From Chiloscyllium plagiosum (lineage: Eukaryota), in assembly GCF_004010195.1 (NCBI RefSeq), contig NC_057756.1:529805-593804 (forward strand): DNA of 64,000 nucleotides, read 5' to 3'. Positions 25,897-39,100 of the stretch are shown piece by piece; within the stretch, counting starts at the first letter, position 1, and every line of letters begins with the position of its first letter. Made by a program: the position numbers and the translations under genes. The notes under the pieces are model-generated. The model had not been told where the DNA came from. It ran no database searches and was given only the letters and a program-made list of their open reading frames with translations.

Positions 25897-27252
25897 CCTG
25901 ACCAGGACAGAAGTTTCAGAATTTTGACAAAGAAGTTGTGCCAAATTTATAGACAGACGAACGTGCAGGCATTCTGTTCTCAGAGTAGGTCCTTCATTTC
26001 TGCTTCCAGCAAATTTTGCAAGTATTGAATGTTGAAAATGTTGGATCCAGCACCAAATTAATGCAATTGTTATTTTGTTTTTCAAATAACATGGAGCATC
26101 AATATATTCCATGACTTTTCTGACATGAGCCCTGGAGTTTAAATTTATTTCAAATTGACCTATGGAATGCAGCATCTGCTTCTGGATTAAGTTTCAAATA
26201 AGTTTTAGAGCTATGTTGCCCTGGCAGATCACAAACAGAGCATTATTCAATGCTTTAACACTGATAAACTGTTGAGATTGCATGCATCACCCAGTTTGTC
26301 ACTGAAACAGGCTAAAAGATTTACAATTTCCAACCAGAATGTTTTCACTCATGTACACGTAACAATGGGACTATTGTCTACCTTACTTGGGAGATATTTT
26401 TTTATTTTTAAAACTATATTTTGCATTAAATGACAAGTCTCGTGTAATTTTGAGCGCAAATCTTTGGCACTATGGATAGAATGCTGTGAGGGCCATGTCC
26501 TCTGGTACATTTTGAGTTTGAGTCATTTTGCTCTAATGTCTGGTAGGGTGTGCTAAAATTTCAGATGGTAGTTGAAGTACAATTGCGCAGTTGTAAATAT
26601 CAAGGAAAAACAGTCATAGGACAAAAGGATGTTCATTCTCTGAAGAACAATTCTATTTCTCAGAGATGATAATTTGCATGCAGAATGCACAATCCAAGAC
26701 AATGTTTTAAGCACATTCAGTCAAGGCAATTAAAACGAATGTCAATGGTCATTTTAAGAAGAAAAATGTGCATTGTAACAGGGGCTCATCGTGACATTAA
26801 TATTGAGCCACATGTTCATTTAAGAAGCCCACAAAGGAAACTGCCTGAATGGCTTCCTGAAAACCTGCAGTTCTGAAGTCCTCTCTCAGAAGCAATCATC
26901 ATTGATAACACAGTGAATTTGACCTGATCAAGTCTGATTTTGAAGGAAATGTCCACTTTCCAATTGCTATTCCTGTGATTCTAAAATTATGGTCCCTAGT
27001 TATTGTCTCAACTGTGAGAGGAAAAAGCTTTCCCAGTTCTTAGTCTATTAAAAACAAACATAGCGGTTAAAATTAGAAGACAACTCTCCTTGATCTTTCC
27101 TGGACTGAAGGGAAATATTACAACCTCCCCAATCACTGCAATGAAGTTTTCAAAGATTTGTCATGCTTGTAAACATTAACTTTTCCTTTTCCAAGTCATT
27201 CCAAAAAGATCGCATTCGACTTCACATTGTACCTTCTTTGTCGTCTTTACAG

Positions 27253-27279
27253 AAGAGCGATTGAAGCAATGTCAGACAG
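27253..27279 (+). CDS. Microexon 3, type A (27 nt, EERLKQCQT)
   Basis: gtctttacag|AAGAGCG...CAGACAG|gtaaag; paralog at 40868-40894 keeps both splice sites and the peptide pattern. Confidence 0.85.
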
Positions 27280-27344
27280 GTAAAGAGTTAATGGAAGGCA
27301 AACAGAAGTTTGATGAGGTGTGATTAGTTTTCAAATGATGGGTT

Positions 27345-27620
27345 GCACGATTGGTGCGTGACTAGGACTCTTGCCTAACACCACCAGGGAGATTCAAATC
27401 CAGGCTTGGGTGATTGTCTACGTAGAGTTTGAAAATTCTACCTGTGCCTGTGCGAGTTTCTGCTGGGTGCTCCCTTTTCTTCAAACTGTCAAATTATGTG
27501 CAGGTTGGGTGGATTGGCCATGATGAATCTGGAGGTAGGAGAGGGTCTGAATTTGAGGGGATGCTTTTCACAGAGACCCGGTGGATTGAACAGCCTCTAT
27601 CCGGACTGTAGGGATTTATA
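27345..27620 (+). mobile_element. Degenerate V-SINE
   Basis: gtagagtttgaaaattct...gtgcaggttgggtggattggccatg...ctgtagggatt. Confidence 0.65.
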
Positions 27621-27694
27621 AGTGCATATAAATGTAACACCATTCCATTTTAAATTTTGGCTTGAAACATTCCATCTTTGCTTAGCAATATGCT

Positions 27695-28090
27695 AGAGTC
27701 ATACAGTCATAGAGAAGTACAGCATGGAAGCAGACCCATCAATTCAACTTGTCCATGCCGACCAGACATCCTAACCTAATCTGGTCTGATTTGCCAGCAC
27801 TTGGCCCATATTCCTCTAAACCCTTGTTATTCATATACCCATCCAGTTGCCTTTTAAATGCTGCAATTATACCAGCTTTGTCTGGCAGCTCATTCCATAC
27901 ACGCACCACCCTCTGCATTAAAAAGTTGCCCCTTAAGTCCTTTTTATATCTTTCCCGTCTCACCCTAAACATATGCCCTCTAGTTCTAGACTCCCCCACC
28001 CCAGGGACAAGAATTCGTCTACTTATCCTATTCAGGCTGCTCATGATTTTATAAAACTCTATAAAGATTACCCCTCAGCCTCCGATGTTC
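27695..28090 (-). mobile_element. CR1-type 3' fragment
   Basis: SRTRGHMFRVRRERYKKDLRGNFLMQRVVRVWNELP; agagtcatacagtcatagag tail. Confidence 0.9.
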
Positions 28091-28484
28091 CTTTATTTTC
28101 GGTACCAATATCACTCAGGATATTCTTAATACTTGCCAACTTAAACTGTATGTGTTGGTGAGTGAATTTCATTAGGGAGTGTAAATCTTAGTCACAAGAA
28201 TGGAAACAGCTAAATTCGTATGTAATAAATCAGCATTGAAACACCTCAGTGCAATGTTTTCATCAGCTCCTGCTATGACTTTACCTACAGTGCCATGAAG
28301 AAGGCAATAATTTCGTAGGCTGAAAGATGTGTGAAACGTCTTTTCCCTGCTATGACCTTCCTGTACCCAACGAGAACATAGCTCAAATTGTTTTAGATTA
28401 AAATGAAACTAACATTGGAATTCAAAGTAGGCATTTTAAAAGAGATTCCATCAATAAGTTAAACTTGATTATTGGCACAATATT

Positions 28485-29125
28485 GAGGAAGGCTTTTGCC
28501 ACCCTGACATTCATTAGTCAGGGTATTGAGTGTAGAATTTATCTTGCTGTTGTACAGCACATTGCCTAGGTTGTACTTGGAATACCTTGTTCAGTTTTGG
28601 TCACCTTTTCAGAGGAAAGATGTTAAAAAGCCAAAAAAAGTGCAAAAGAAATTTGCAAAGATGTTGCCAGGATTCAAACGTCTGAGTTGTAGGGAGAATT
28701 TGGACCAGCTAAGGCATCTTTTTCTTTAGAACGTAGGAGGCTGTGAGGGGATCTCATGGAAATCCATCAGATCTTGAGAAGCATGGATGGGGTGAATGCA
28801 TTCAGTCTTTTTTTTCTCGGGTTGTGAAATTGAGGACTAGATAGCATCAGTTTAAGGTTAGAGGGAAAAGAATAAAAGGAAATGTTAAGGGCAATATTTT
28901 TTACACAGAGGGCAGTATGCACATGGAATGAGCTGCTAGCAGAAGGAGTAGACATGGGTACATTAACAAAATTCAAAAGATATTTGAACAAATACATGCA
29001 CGGGAAAGGTTTAGAATGATTTGAGCCAACTGCAGGGGTATGGGGTTAACGTAGATGGATGTTTTGCTCGGCATGGACCAGTTCGGGTAAAAAGGGCCTG
29101 TCTCAGTACTGTAGAACTCTATGAC
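28485..29125 (+). mobile_element. CR1-type 3' fragment
   Basis: LYSTLPRLYLEYLVQFWSPFQRKD; tail actgtagaactctatgac. Confidence 0.85.
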
Positions 29126-29547
29126 ACTATTTATTTTCATTCGTCTGATGATTAACTGAACTGAACGGAACTGAAACGGTATTGGCAGCTCATGTGAGAA
29201 GAATGATGGGATCAAAACCATGCTGAATATTTTGAATTATCTAGCGATACGCCAGATTTTGTTATCCACTTCACTTTTTCAATAAAATCTATTTAAATGT
29301 CATATGTGTTCGCCCCTCCTTTTGTCACATTTCTCGTAGAAATATTTGCACTTCCTTCTTTAAGCAGTTTCCTGGTTCGTGGATTGGGTCCTCATTTATG
29401 CTATGCACAACTGTCATTTGAGTTTAATGAGTTTAATTCAATTTCACTTGACGAAACACTGATGCAAAATACACTTTATATGAGTGTAAAAGTACACAAA
29501 AAGGAAAGTTAGACAATTCGTTTAGATGTTGCAATTTTCTCTTTCAG

Positions 29548-29574
29548 AGTCTAAAGAAGGTCCAACAACGCATG
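29548..29574 (+). CDS. Microexon 4, type B (27 nt, ESKEGPTTH)
   Basis: ttctctttcag|AGTCTAA...CGCATG|gtaaat; paralog at 51965-51991. Confidence 0.85.
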
Positions 29575-29606
29575 GTAAATTGTGGAGCTACTTCTTTCTG
29601 AACACT

Positions 29607-30900
29607 TAGAACATAAAACAGTACAGCACAGTACAGACCCTTTGGCCATAGAAGCTGTGCTGACATTTCATCCGACTCTAAGATCAAACTAACCTACATA
29701 ACCTTCATTTTACTGTCATCCGTGTGCCTATCCAAGAGTCGCTTAAATGTCCTTCATTTATCTGACTCGATTACCACTGATGGCATTGCATTCTGCGCAC
29801 TCACCACTCTCTGTGTAATGAACCTACCCTGATATTGCCTGTAAATCTTCCTCCAATCATCTTACAATTATGCCCCCTCATCGTAGCCATTTCGGTCCTG
29901 GGAAAAGAAGTCTCTGGTTATCCACTCTATCTGTGCCTCTCATCATTGTACACCTTTATCAAGTCACCTCTCCTTATTCTTCTCTCCAGTAGGGAAAGCC
30001 CGAGCTCCCTCAACCTTTCTTCATAAGACATGCTCTCCAATCCAGGCAGCATCTCCGTGAATCGCCTCTGCATCTTCTCTCAACAGTCCTATAATGAGGC
30101 GACTAGAACTGAACACAATATTCCAAGCGTGGTCTAATCAGGACTTTATAGAGCTATAACATAATCTCGTGGCTCTTAATCACAATTTCCCTGCCAATGA
30201 ATTCAACGCACCATGCGCCTTCTTGACAACCTTACCAACTTGAGTGGCAAATTTGAGGATCGACGGACATGGACCTCAAGATTCCCCTGCTCGCCCGCAC
30301 AGCCAAGACTTCTGTCTTTATCCCTGTAACCTGGTTAAAATTTGACCTTCCAAATGAATCAACTTACACTTTTCCATGTTGAACTCCACCTGCCACTTCT
30401 TAACCCAGTTGTGCATCCTGCCAATATCCCATGCAACCTACAACAGCCGTCCACACTATCCATAACTCCATCAACCTTCGTGTCATCGGCAAAGTTACTA
30501 ATCCATCTTTCCACTTCCTCATACAAGTCATTTATCGAAGTCGCAAACAGCAGAGGTCCCAGAGCTGATACCTGCGGAATGCCACTTCTCATTGAGCTCC
30601 AGGGTGAATATTTTCCATCAACTACAACCCTCGGTCTTCTCTGGGCCAGACAATTCTGTGTTCAGAAAAGCAAATTTACCTGTATCCCATACCTCCTTAC
30701 TTTTTGAATGAGCCGACCATAGAGAAATTTATCACAAGTCTTACTAAAACCCACATACGCCACAACAACTGCTCTACCTTCTTCAATGTGTTTTGTTGCG
30801 TCCTCAAAGAATTGAATAGGGTTTGTGAGGCATGACCTACCCCTCACAAAGCCATACTCACTATCTCTAATCAAGCTATTATTTTCAAATAATTATAAAT
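29607..30900 (-). mobile_element. CR1-type 3' part
   Basis: GFVRGRSCLTN; GIPQVSALGPLLF; NFADDTK; tagaacataaaacag tail. Confidence 0.9.
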
Positions 30901-30904
30901 AAGT

Positions 30905-32120
30905 ACGAACTTTGGGGAGATGACAAAAGTGATTGATGTGGACAGGGTGGTAGATGTAGTTTAGCAAAACATTAAACAATGTGCCTAATGGGAGGCAGAT
31001 ATTATAAGGTGAATTCACATGTCGTGAACTGGTCAGATGGATACAAAATTGGCTTTATCATAGAAGACAGATAGTAGCATTGTAAAGGTGCTTTTTTTCT
31101 GATTGGAGATCTATGACCCCAATGGTATTCCGTAGAGATCAGTGTTCGTCACCGTGTTGTTTGCATTTTAAATGTAAACGAGTTGGAGGAAAACGTAAAT
31201 GGCCAGATTTGTAAATTTGCTGACAGAGCAAAGATTAAGGGAGCTATCAATAGTGAGGAGGATTGTCAGAGGAAACAGCAGGGTAGATATAGGTGAGAGA
31301 CATAAGTGGAGGAATTACAGATGTTGTTTAATCCATACAAGTCTTAGGCGATGCATTTTCTAAGATTGAATGCAGGCAAGTTGTGTACAGCAAATGCAGA
31401 ACCCTTAGTAGCATAATCAAACGGAGGGATCTGGGCATACACGTCCAAAGTTACTCGAAAGTGGCAGTACAAGTGGATAAGGTGATAAAGAAGTCATGAA
31501 CTCTCCTTTCAATTTTCAATAGGGCATAGAGTATAAAAAAATGCTAAGTCGTATTTCAGCTGTGTAGACATTTAGACAATCCACATTTGGAATATTGTGT
31601 ACAATTCGAAGGGCTAGACTACCAGAAGAGTTTGGAGGCTTCGGTTAATGCACACAAACTGCTTACCAGGATGTTGTCTGGTTTAGAGATTAATAACTGT
31701 GAAGAAAGATTGGATAAATTGAGTTCGATTTCACTTGAATATCAAGGATGAGGTGACCTGATAGAAGCTTACTAAAGTTTGAGAGTTTTGTCTAGAATGG
31801 ATATTCAGAATATTTTCCGCTCGTCAGAAATGGGGAACATAGGTTTAAAGAAAAATGTGATAAGTTTAAAAGAGATGTGAAAGGCTAGTTTTTTACACAG
31901 ACTGTGGAAGGTTCGTGGAATGTGTTGCCAGAAGAGGTGGTGAAGGTACATACGGCAGCAATGTGTAAGAAACATCTTGACAGAGCTATGAATAGGCAGG
32001 AAATCAAAAGATATAGGCCACGAAGAAGCAAAAGGTTTCCAGATGAGAAATGCATCATGTGACATCGCAGTTTTGGTTAAGTAAAAGGGCCTTATGATAT
32101 GCTGTACTGTTTTTTGCTCT
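30905..32120 (+). mobile_element. Older CR1-type 3' part
   Basis: Degenerate RT (aaatttgctgac; ttggaatattgtgtacaattc) and tail. Confidence 0.8.
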
Positions 32121-33500
32121 TGAAAATGGTGACTGCTGAAATTTCGCTGTCCATATACTTCACCCCATCTTAGAAAGAAAGTGTGGCTCTATCAAATGCA
32201 GAAAACGGTTCCTGGATTGATATATATATATATTGCGAAATCAAATAACATTTCACACTGTGCAACGTGAGTTATATTTGGACTGCTAGCGAAACAATTG
32301 GCTACAATTTTTTAAAAAAAAGTATTACTTCACAAATTAGACATGAAAAGTATGACGTTCAGAGGGGCATTCAGTCCTTGAGGAAAGACCATCAATGATG
32401 GAATGACGTAAAGGCAAAATAATGCAGATGCTGGAAACCTGAAACACTCACAGAGAATTTAGATTAAAATCAATAGTACTGGCAACATCTGTGGAAAGAA
32501 AAACAAGTTAACGCTTCGAGTTTCGAAACGTGGCTGAGTCTGCTTCAGAAATGAAACATTGCATAATCATAGCAGCTAATAGAAGGGAGGGGAGGAAATT
32601 TGACTACCAGGCCAAACATTCTAAGCCATATGTTAGGTTAAAATTAGGGATGGTCATGTTTAATAAGAAAGACATGCTTCTCTCTCATTTTGAATTATGA
32701 ATCACAGATCTCTTGGAACTGCACGGTAGACAGATGTTTGATTGTCCTTGCAGTGCTGATGCTCTAAAGCTCAACGTTACTCTTCACCCCAGAGTTATAG
32801 ATGGGGTTTTATAATTTAATAACAGTTTTATAACAAGAAGGAATTTTCAGGTGAAGAAATGTTCGTAAGCCTTTTTCTGATGCTTACTTGTCACGAGCAT
32901 TTTTTTATGATTTATCAGCTCATGTATGAATGTTGGGCAGATCTGGCCAAGTAGGTATTTGAACTGCGGTAAATTAGGCATCACTGTTCTGACGAACCTC
33001 TGCAGTATTAACATGCAACAAGAAAACTGACTTCCAAAGACCAGAACTATTTTTCACGACCTGAAATATGATTGGAAACAGTGGGACTTCAACCCTCCAT
33101 TTCCCAAGTCTTATTCTGTCGCCATTAGTTTTGCTCGTAGTTCATTGTATCATAGTTGTTCGAATCATTCTCTTAATGAAGGGCAGTTATTATAAATTCA
33201 CTGCTGGGATTCTATATTATTTAATATGTTTGGGTGGCTGATCAGTTTCCCAGAAATATTGTTTTTTTTCCATTATACTCTGCAGACCTGAACTCTGTGT
33301 ATCTTGTTGGTAGTGGTTCGAATGCTATTCTGGTAATGTGCCCAACGGTCTCTGTATGGTTAATAATTTATTTGTGAATATTGTTCCCAGAATTGGAAGC
33401 AATATCATAAACTGTGCATTTCATAGTGAAATACCTTTCACAACTTCTGTGCAAGTCCTGTCATTCTGCAGTAAAACCTCTAAGTTAATTTATTTTACAG

Positions 33501-33527
33501 ATTTAAACAAAGATCTTACAGACATGG
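33501..33527 (+). CDS. Microexon 5, type C (27 nt, DLNKDLTDM)
   Basis: ttattttacag|ATTTAAA...GACATGG|gtaaac; paralog at 54043-54069 has an identical acceptor region (ctaagttaatttattttacag). Confidence 0.85.
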
Positions 33528-33979
33528 GTAAACAACTAGTTTCTTTTTAAATAAGTAGGACTAGTGCTTATTACGTGATCATCAATTAATCTAAACTTTG
33601 TTGCACTTTTCTCAGTGTGATCCCATTAGCGAGATGATATAAACATGGAATTCTTTCTTTCAAATAACAAGATTTCGGAAGGTTCAGAACTTGCAATATT
33701 GTCATATCGGTACACCAGCAATGGATAAACATTACCTTACTACTGTTCTCATTTAATGTCAAGAAGTGAAGCAACATCAGCAAAACTTGACTTTGAATGT
33801 CAGTGGTCTTGCTGTCAAGATTTGCCATGGGCGGCTCCGTGTCTGGAAGTTGAAGTTGATTAAACAAAATGTTTTGAACATATTTGACACAATAAATTAC
33901 GGTTAAAATGAGGAGAAAAAAGTCAAAGATTTAATGGGAAGTCCATTTCTCATTTAAAACGTTGTTGAAATGTTTATTA

Positions 33980-35030
33980 CTGGAGGCATGCATTTCAGTT
34001 GAGGGGCGGACTTCAAAGGAGACGTGAGGAGCATATCTTTTGCATAGAGAGTGGCAGGTATCGGAGTGGTGGTGGAGGCAGATATGATAGGTACATTTAA
34101 GGGAGTTTTCGATAAGCACATGCAAGGATTGGACGGATATGGACCAAGGGTAAAGGTAGATAAATAAGGTGAAGGTGGATAAATTCGCTGGACCAAATGA
34201 ACTACACTCCAGAGATCTGATGGTGACATCCGAAGGGATATTGGAGGCGTTCGTGGTGATTGTTCATGTATCACTGGAGTCAGGCAGGATCCCAGTGGAC
34301 TGTAAAATCGCTGATGTAACCCTCCTGTTGGAAATAGGGAGCAAGGCAGAAGACAGGAAATTACAGGCTGATTAACCTGACCTCAGTCTTTGGTAAGGTT
34401 TTCGAAACCATTGTGAAGGATGAGATCTCTGAATAAATATAAATGCATGGTAAAGTAGGGCAAAGACAACATGGTTTCATCAAGGGGTGGTCATGTCTGA
34501 CAAATCTGCTAGAATTCCTTGAGGAGGTGATGAGCAGTTTAAATCATGATGAGCCAATTGATGTTAGCTGCTTGGAATTCCCGAAGACATTTGACAAGGT
34601 GCTGCACAGAGGCTTCTGAGTAACATGAGAGCCGATGATGTTCGAGGCAATACACTAGCATAGTTAGAAGATAACAGACCTTGAGGATAAAAGGGTCCTT
34701 CTCAGAATGGCAGCTGGTGATTGGTGGTGCTCCACAATTGTCAGTGTCGTGACCACAAATTTTCATTTATACATTAATGATCTGGATGAAGGAACTGAGG
34801 GTATTCTGACTAATTCTGCAGATGATGCAAAGATAGGCGGAGGGATATAATATGATGAGGCAGGGAGGCTTCAGAAAGATTTGGAAAGGATAGGAGAATG
34901 GGCAAGAAGTTACAGTTGAAAAGTGTGGTGCTGGAAAAGCGCAGCAGGCCAGGCAGCAGAAGAGGTTGGTAAGACGATTGCAGGTCAAGAAGGCGGTGCT
35001 GAATCCAGGGGTTGGGGCTGAGATATGATG
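33980..35030 (+). mobile_element. CR1-type fragments with a Penelope-like piece at the end
   Basis: KVDKFAGPNELHSR; catggtttcatcaaggggtggtcatgtctgacaaatct; family motif gctggaaaagcgcagcagg near 34930. Confidence 0.8.
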
Positions 35031-36174
35031 TACATGTATTTTTAAACTGTTAAATAGAGAACCCATAAAATGTAATTGTTTACTCTTTTCCTCTTTAGCA
35101 TTACCTTTTTTTTTATATTAGTTAAGGTCCATGCATTCAATGTATTCCATGATGTTTTGGACATGATCTTTGGAGTTAACAGTTATGCCAACAGTCACTT
35201 GTCAATTCAACTGTGATCCTGACCAAAGCTTGCAATGATGAATACAGCTATGTGGTCCTGACAGAATCTAAACCGAAGATTATTCAGAAGATTACTGTTT
35301 ACAAATTGTCGAGATTATATACATCATTTCATTCCTCACTGAAACGGAACAACAGATTTACTGTTGCTGATTTGATTACTACATGTTTACATGAACGCTT
35401 AAAACTTAGATTATTGTGCACACTACTTAGGCGATATCTATTTTTTGCACAATATATTTTGCATTTAATGACAGCTCTCACGTAATCTTTAAAATAAGCC
35501 TTTGTCACTATTGACAGAATATTGTGAGGGTTACTACGATGGTATATTCACCAGTTGTAACCATTATGTCATAAGACATGTGGATTATTCATATTGCTGT
35601 TGTAGTGTGCTAAATTTTCCAAGAGTGGCTGAAGTAAACTTCCACTGTTGTCAATATGGAGGAAGAAGTAGATAGAAAAAGGAAAGTTTTCATTCACTGA
35701 AGGTCTTTCCTATTTGTCAGAGAAGATAGTTCGTATGCAAAGTGCAGTATTGAGAGTGCTGTCAAAACGCATTCAGTTGAGGCAATTAAATCGACATTAA
35801 GTGGCCATCTGTAGCAGAAAGAATGCGCAAAGTGCAAATCCTGTGACTGTGTGGGTCTGAGGTACCGAGCAGCGATCATCATTATTAAAGTCGTACATTT
35901 GAACTAAAATAGCTTGTTAGTGAAGGAAATTTCACTTTTTGATTGTTATGGCTGTGATTCAAAAATGCTGATTTCTTGTTGTTTTCTCAGCTGTGAGAGG
36001 AAGCAACGTCCCTGTTTTTCGTCCATCAAAAGCAAACTTTGCAGCTAAAATTAGAAGGCAGCTCTCCTGGATTTTCCAGTGCTGATGAGATCTACTCCAG
36101 CTTCTCTAATCAAGGCAATAAAACGCATCAAAGACATTATTTGTTTGTAACATTAACTTGCTCCCCTCAGCAAG

Positions 36175-39100
36175 TAGTAAGAAGGGTATTTAGTTCTATT
36201 TTGCATTTTTGAAGACAGATTTTAATTCAGAGTTGTGGATCTGTCTATTCCAATCCAATAGAGTTAATAGCCTTTTAGGCATTGTTTTTTCTTAGCTTGG
36301 GACAATAAAAGAAGCCTGAATGTGTTGAGTCAAGTTCAGCTGGAGGTAATATTTTTAGTATTAATTTTGCAGTCGACATAGTTGGTGCCTTGAATATGCA
36401 TTTGGAAGCTGTTATTCGGACTCTCTGAGTTTCCTCTTGATGTTTCTCTTCCTGGACTTGTTTAAATTAAATGAAATAAATCCCAACATTTAGATGAACA
36501 ACTTTGGGCTGCCTTTGAAGTAATCTAATTTATTGAATTTGCCTATGGCAATAGTGTGGGTATGGGATGTTACTGCATTGTAACAGTTATTGTTTTAGTA
36601 GTTAAATAATCTATTATTATTTTAAGTTTTCCAAAAGAGGTAATTATCCAAGTACTCTTCATTCTTTTGTTGTCTTTTGATTATGGCCTATGTATAATGT
36701 CTGTTTTGGTTCATGACTGATAGTGTGACCAATTGAATTGCATCTGGAATGCAATGTCTGGCATTTGCCTTTAAAATAATAAGAAGTTAGGGTCGATGCT
36801 ATATTCTTAATGTATTTTGAGGGGTTTTGGTCTGGTACATAGCAAATTCAGTGCTCTTCTCTGAATCCAAATCTCAAATTCTTGTTTGGATTTAAATTGT
36901 TTGACTCAAAGGCAGCCCAAAGTTGTTCATCTAAATGTTGGGATTTATTTCATTTAATTTAAACAAGTTGCGCCTTGTGTAGTAATGGCTCATTCAGTCA
37001 CTAAGAGTTTGCTGTAGGTACAAGTTTTACAGAATGTTTTATAGTCAGTGAGCAAGGCAAAGCTTTTGGAATTGACAAACACATGGAGTTGGGTTTGGCT
37101 GTGTCTGTGAGGGAACGGGAGATCTGTGGCATTTGCAACTGCAAGAAATACCAACCAAGTCTTTCGAAATGTCTAAAATTAAATTGCAAATGTAGCAGCT
37201 TGAATGACAAGGAAAAGCAAAGGAAAAGCTAAAAGAAAAAAATAGTCCTGGCAGAATAAAAAGGAAGATAAAAGGTAAGAAAATAGTGTGAATTCTGATT
37301 AAAAGCTAACGAAAGGGAGAAAGAGAGAGTTTTTGAACTTCAGACGTTGGAACTGAAAATTCAAAGTCGACTTTGAGTCAGAGGTAGTGGTGAAAACTAG
37401 GAGTAGTGTGAGGATATTGATGGAGACCAATCCCATCGTAGACAAAGGCCTGGTGGGTATTTGTTTTAATATGTCCAAGCATTGCTTCAGATCGACAAGA
37501 AGGATGTGGAAGCTTTTTTCATTTAATTTGAGAAAGTGGCTAAACTAATGAAATGACCAATGACCACGTGGATGTTGTTGATTCCACCAAATATGTAGGC
37601 AGAACAAGTGAGATATTTGCATCAGTGTTAGAGGTACTATCTCGTGAGTAAGATGAGATGAAAAAGTCATCTAAAGGCCATCTCAGCCAATATCAAAAGT
37701 CCACAGATAACCTTTAGAACTAAGGAGGGAAACTTGTCAAACGTAGATTGAGTTTGAAAGGATTAATTAAAGTAATTTTGATCAGAAGATATGAACTTTG
37801 AAAATATATCAAACAATTGATGCTCTTAGAGGGGCAGTTATTTTGGTGGAAGTCAAAATTCACTTCCTGACGTAATGAGAACTCATGAAGAAGAGCAGAG
37901 TTAAGACTGCAAGATAATCAACAGATGTGACACATGATTATGAGTTGGCTCTTCGCTCACAGTTCAGCTTCTGACATCTACTTCAATCGGTGAGACATAG
38001 AAATTAGAGAAAAGAGAAATGCTTAGATGGAAAGGGAAAAGGGGATCTCATTGAATATGGTAATGATTGTTGAGCACAGATAAAAAGGAAATTGCTGAGG
38101 GGGAAAGAGAACTAGAGAAGCACAAATGTTTTCTCTATATTGCAAGGTAGTCCAAATTAACAGTTTACCCTTTCTAATAGCTCGATCACACGGCTGTGGT
38201 TGAAAAGCCAGTGGAAAATGAGGCAACTTAAGTGTTACAGAAAGAATATCCTGGTATTTTTCTTGATTGTGTGTTAACAATGTCACAAAGCCACAAGTGG
38301 AAACACGAGGAGAAATCAAAGAACAAAGATAAGGAAGTTTAAATTCAATTCTCAGAAACAATGTTTGACTAAATGTTTGAGAAAAGAAAAATAACAGGTG
38401 GAGGACATAGTGGATATTTTTATTTCAGAGAAATTATCTGAATTGCAACATCAAGATGAAAAAAAAACTAAAGCAGCTTTATCAAAAGTAGCACCTCAAT
38501 GTACCCCAGAATGTTATTGTCTTTAAAAACAATGACGTTTTGATGAGGAAATAGAGATCATCATATATTCAGTGCGATTAGACATGGGCAGATGTTCATC
38601 AAGTTGTATTGCTGGTGGGATATAGAAAGGAGAACTTGAGGACAGCACATCAATTACCAGATGGAGGGCATTTGGGGTGCAAGAAAACTCAAGCGAAGTA
38701 CAAAAACATTTTTATTGGCTGAGACGGCAATAGGATGTTGTTGAATTTTGTCAGATATGACACGTGTGTAAGCTAATTGGTAAATCTCAGGCAGAGCCAA
38801 AACAGGCAGCTTTATAATCTTTCCCACATGTAGGAAACCTTTTCCAATGGTGTTTATTGATTGCAATGGACCCCTACCTAAAATAAAGGTCGGAGTCACT
38901 ATCTGTTAACAATCGTGGATGTATCCACTAAATTTCCAGAGGCCATTCGTTTGCGCAGTAACATGGCAAAAATGATTGTAGAAGAGTCACTCAAGGTTAC
39001 TTTTGCTAGATATGGACTACCAACAGAGATACAATCAAATTAAGGATTAACATTTACTTCAAAGTTATTCAACAAAGCCATGGATGCTTTAGGGTTAAAA

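Larger units (their letters stand above)
26050..33930 (+). repeat. Intragenic duplication, copy 1 (exons A-B-C with introns)
   Basis: Colinear similarity to ~35050-54420 at many non-repeat anchors. Confidence 0.85.

Noticed and set aside
25354..26175. Long ORFs of 180-265 aa
   Set aside because: Artefacts of reading through the N gap.
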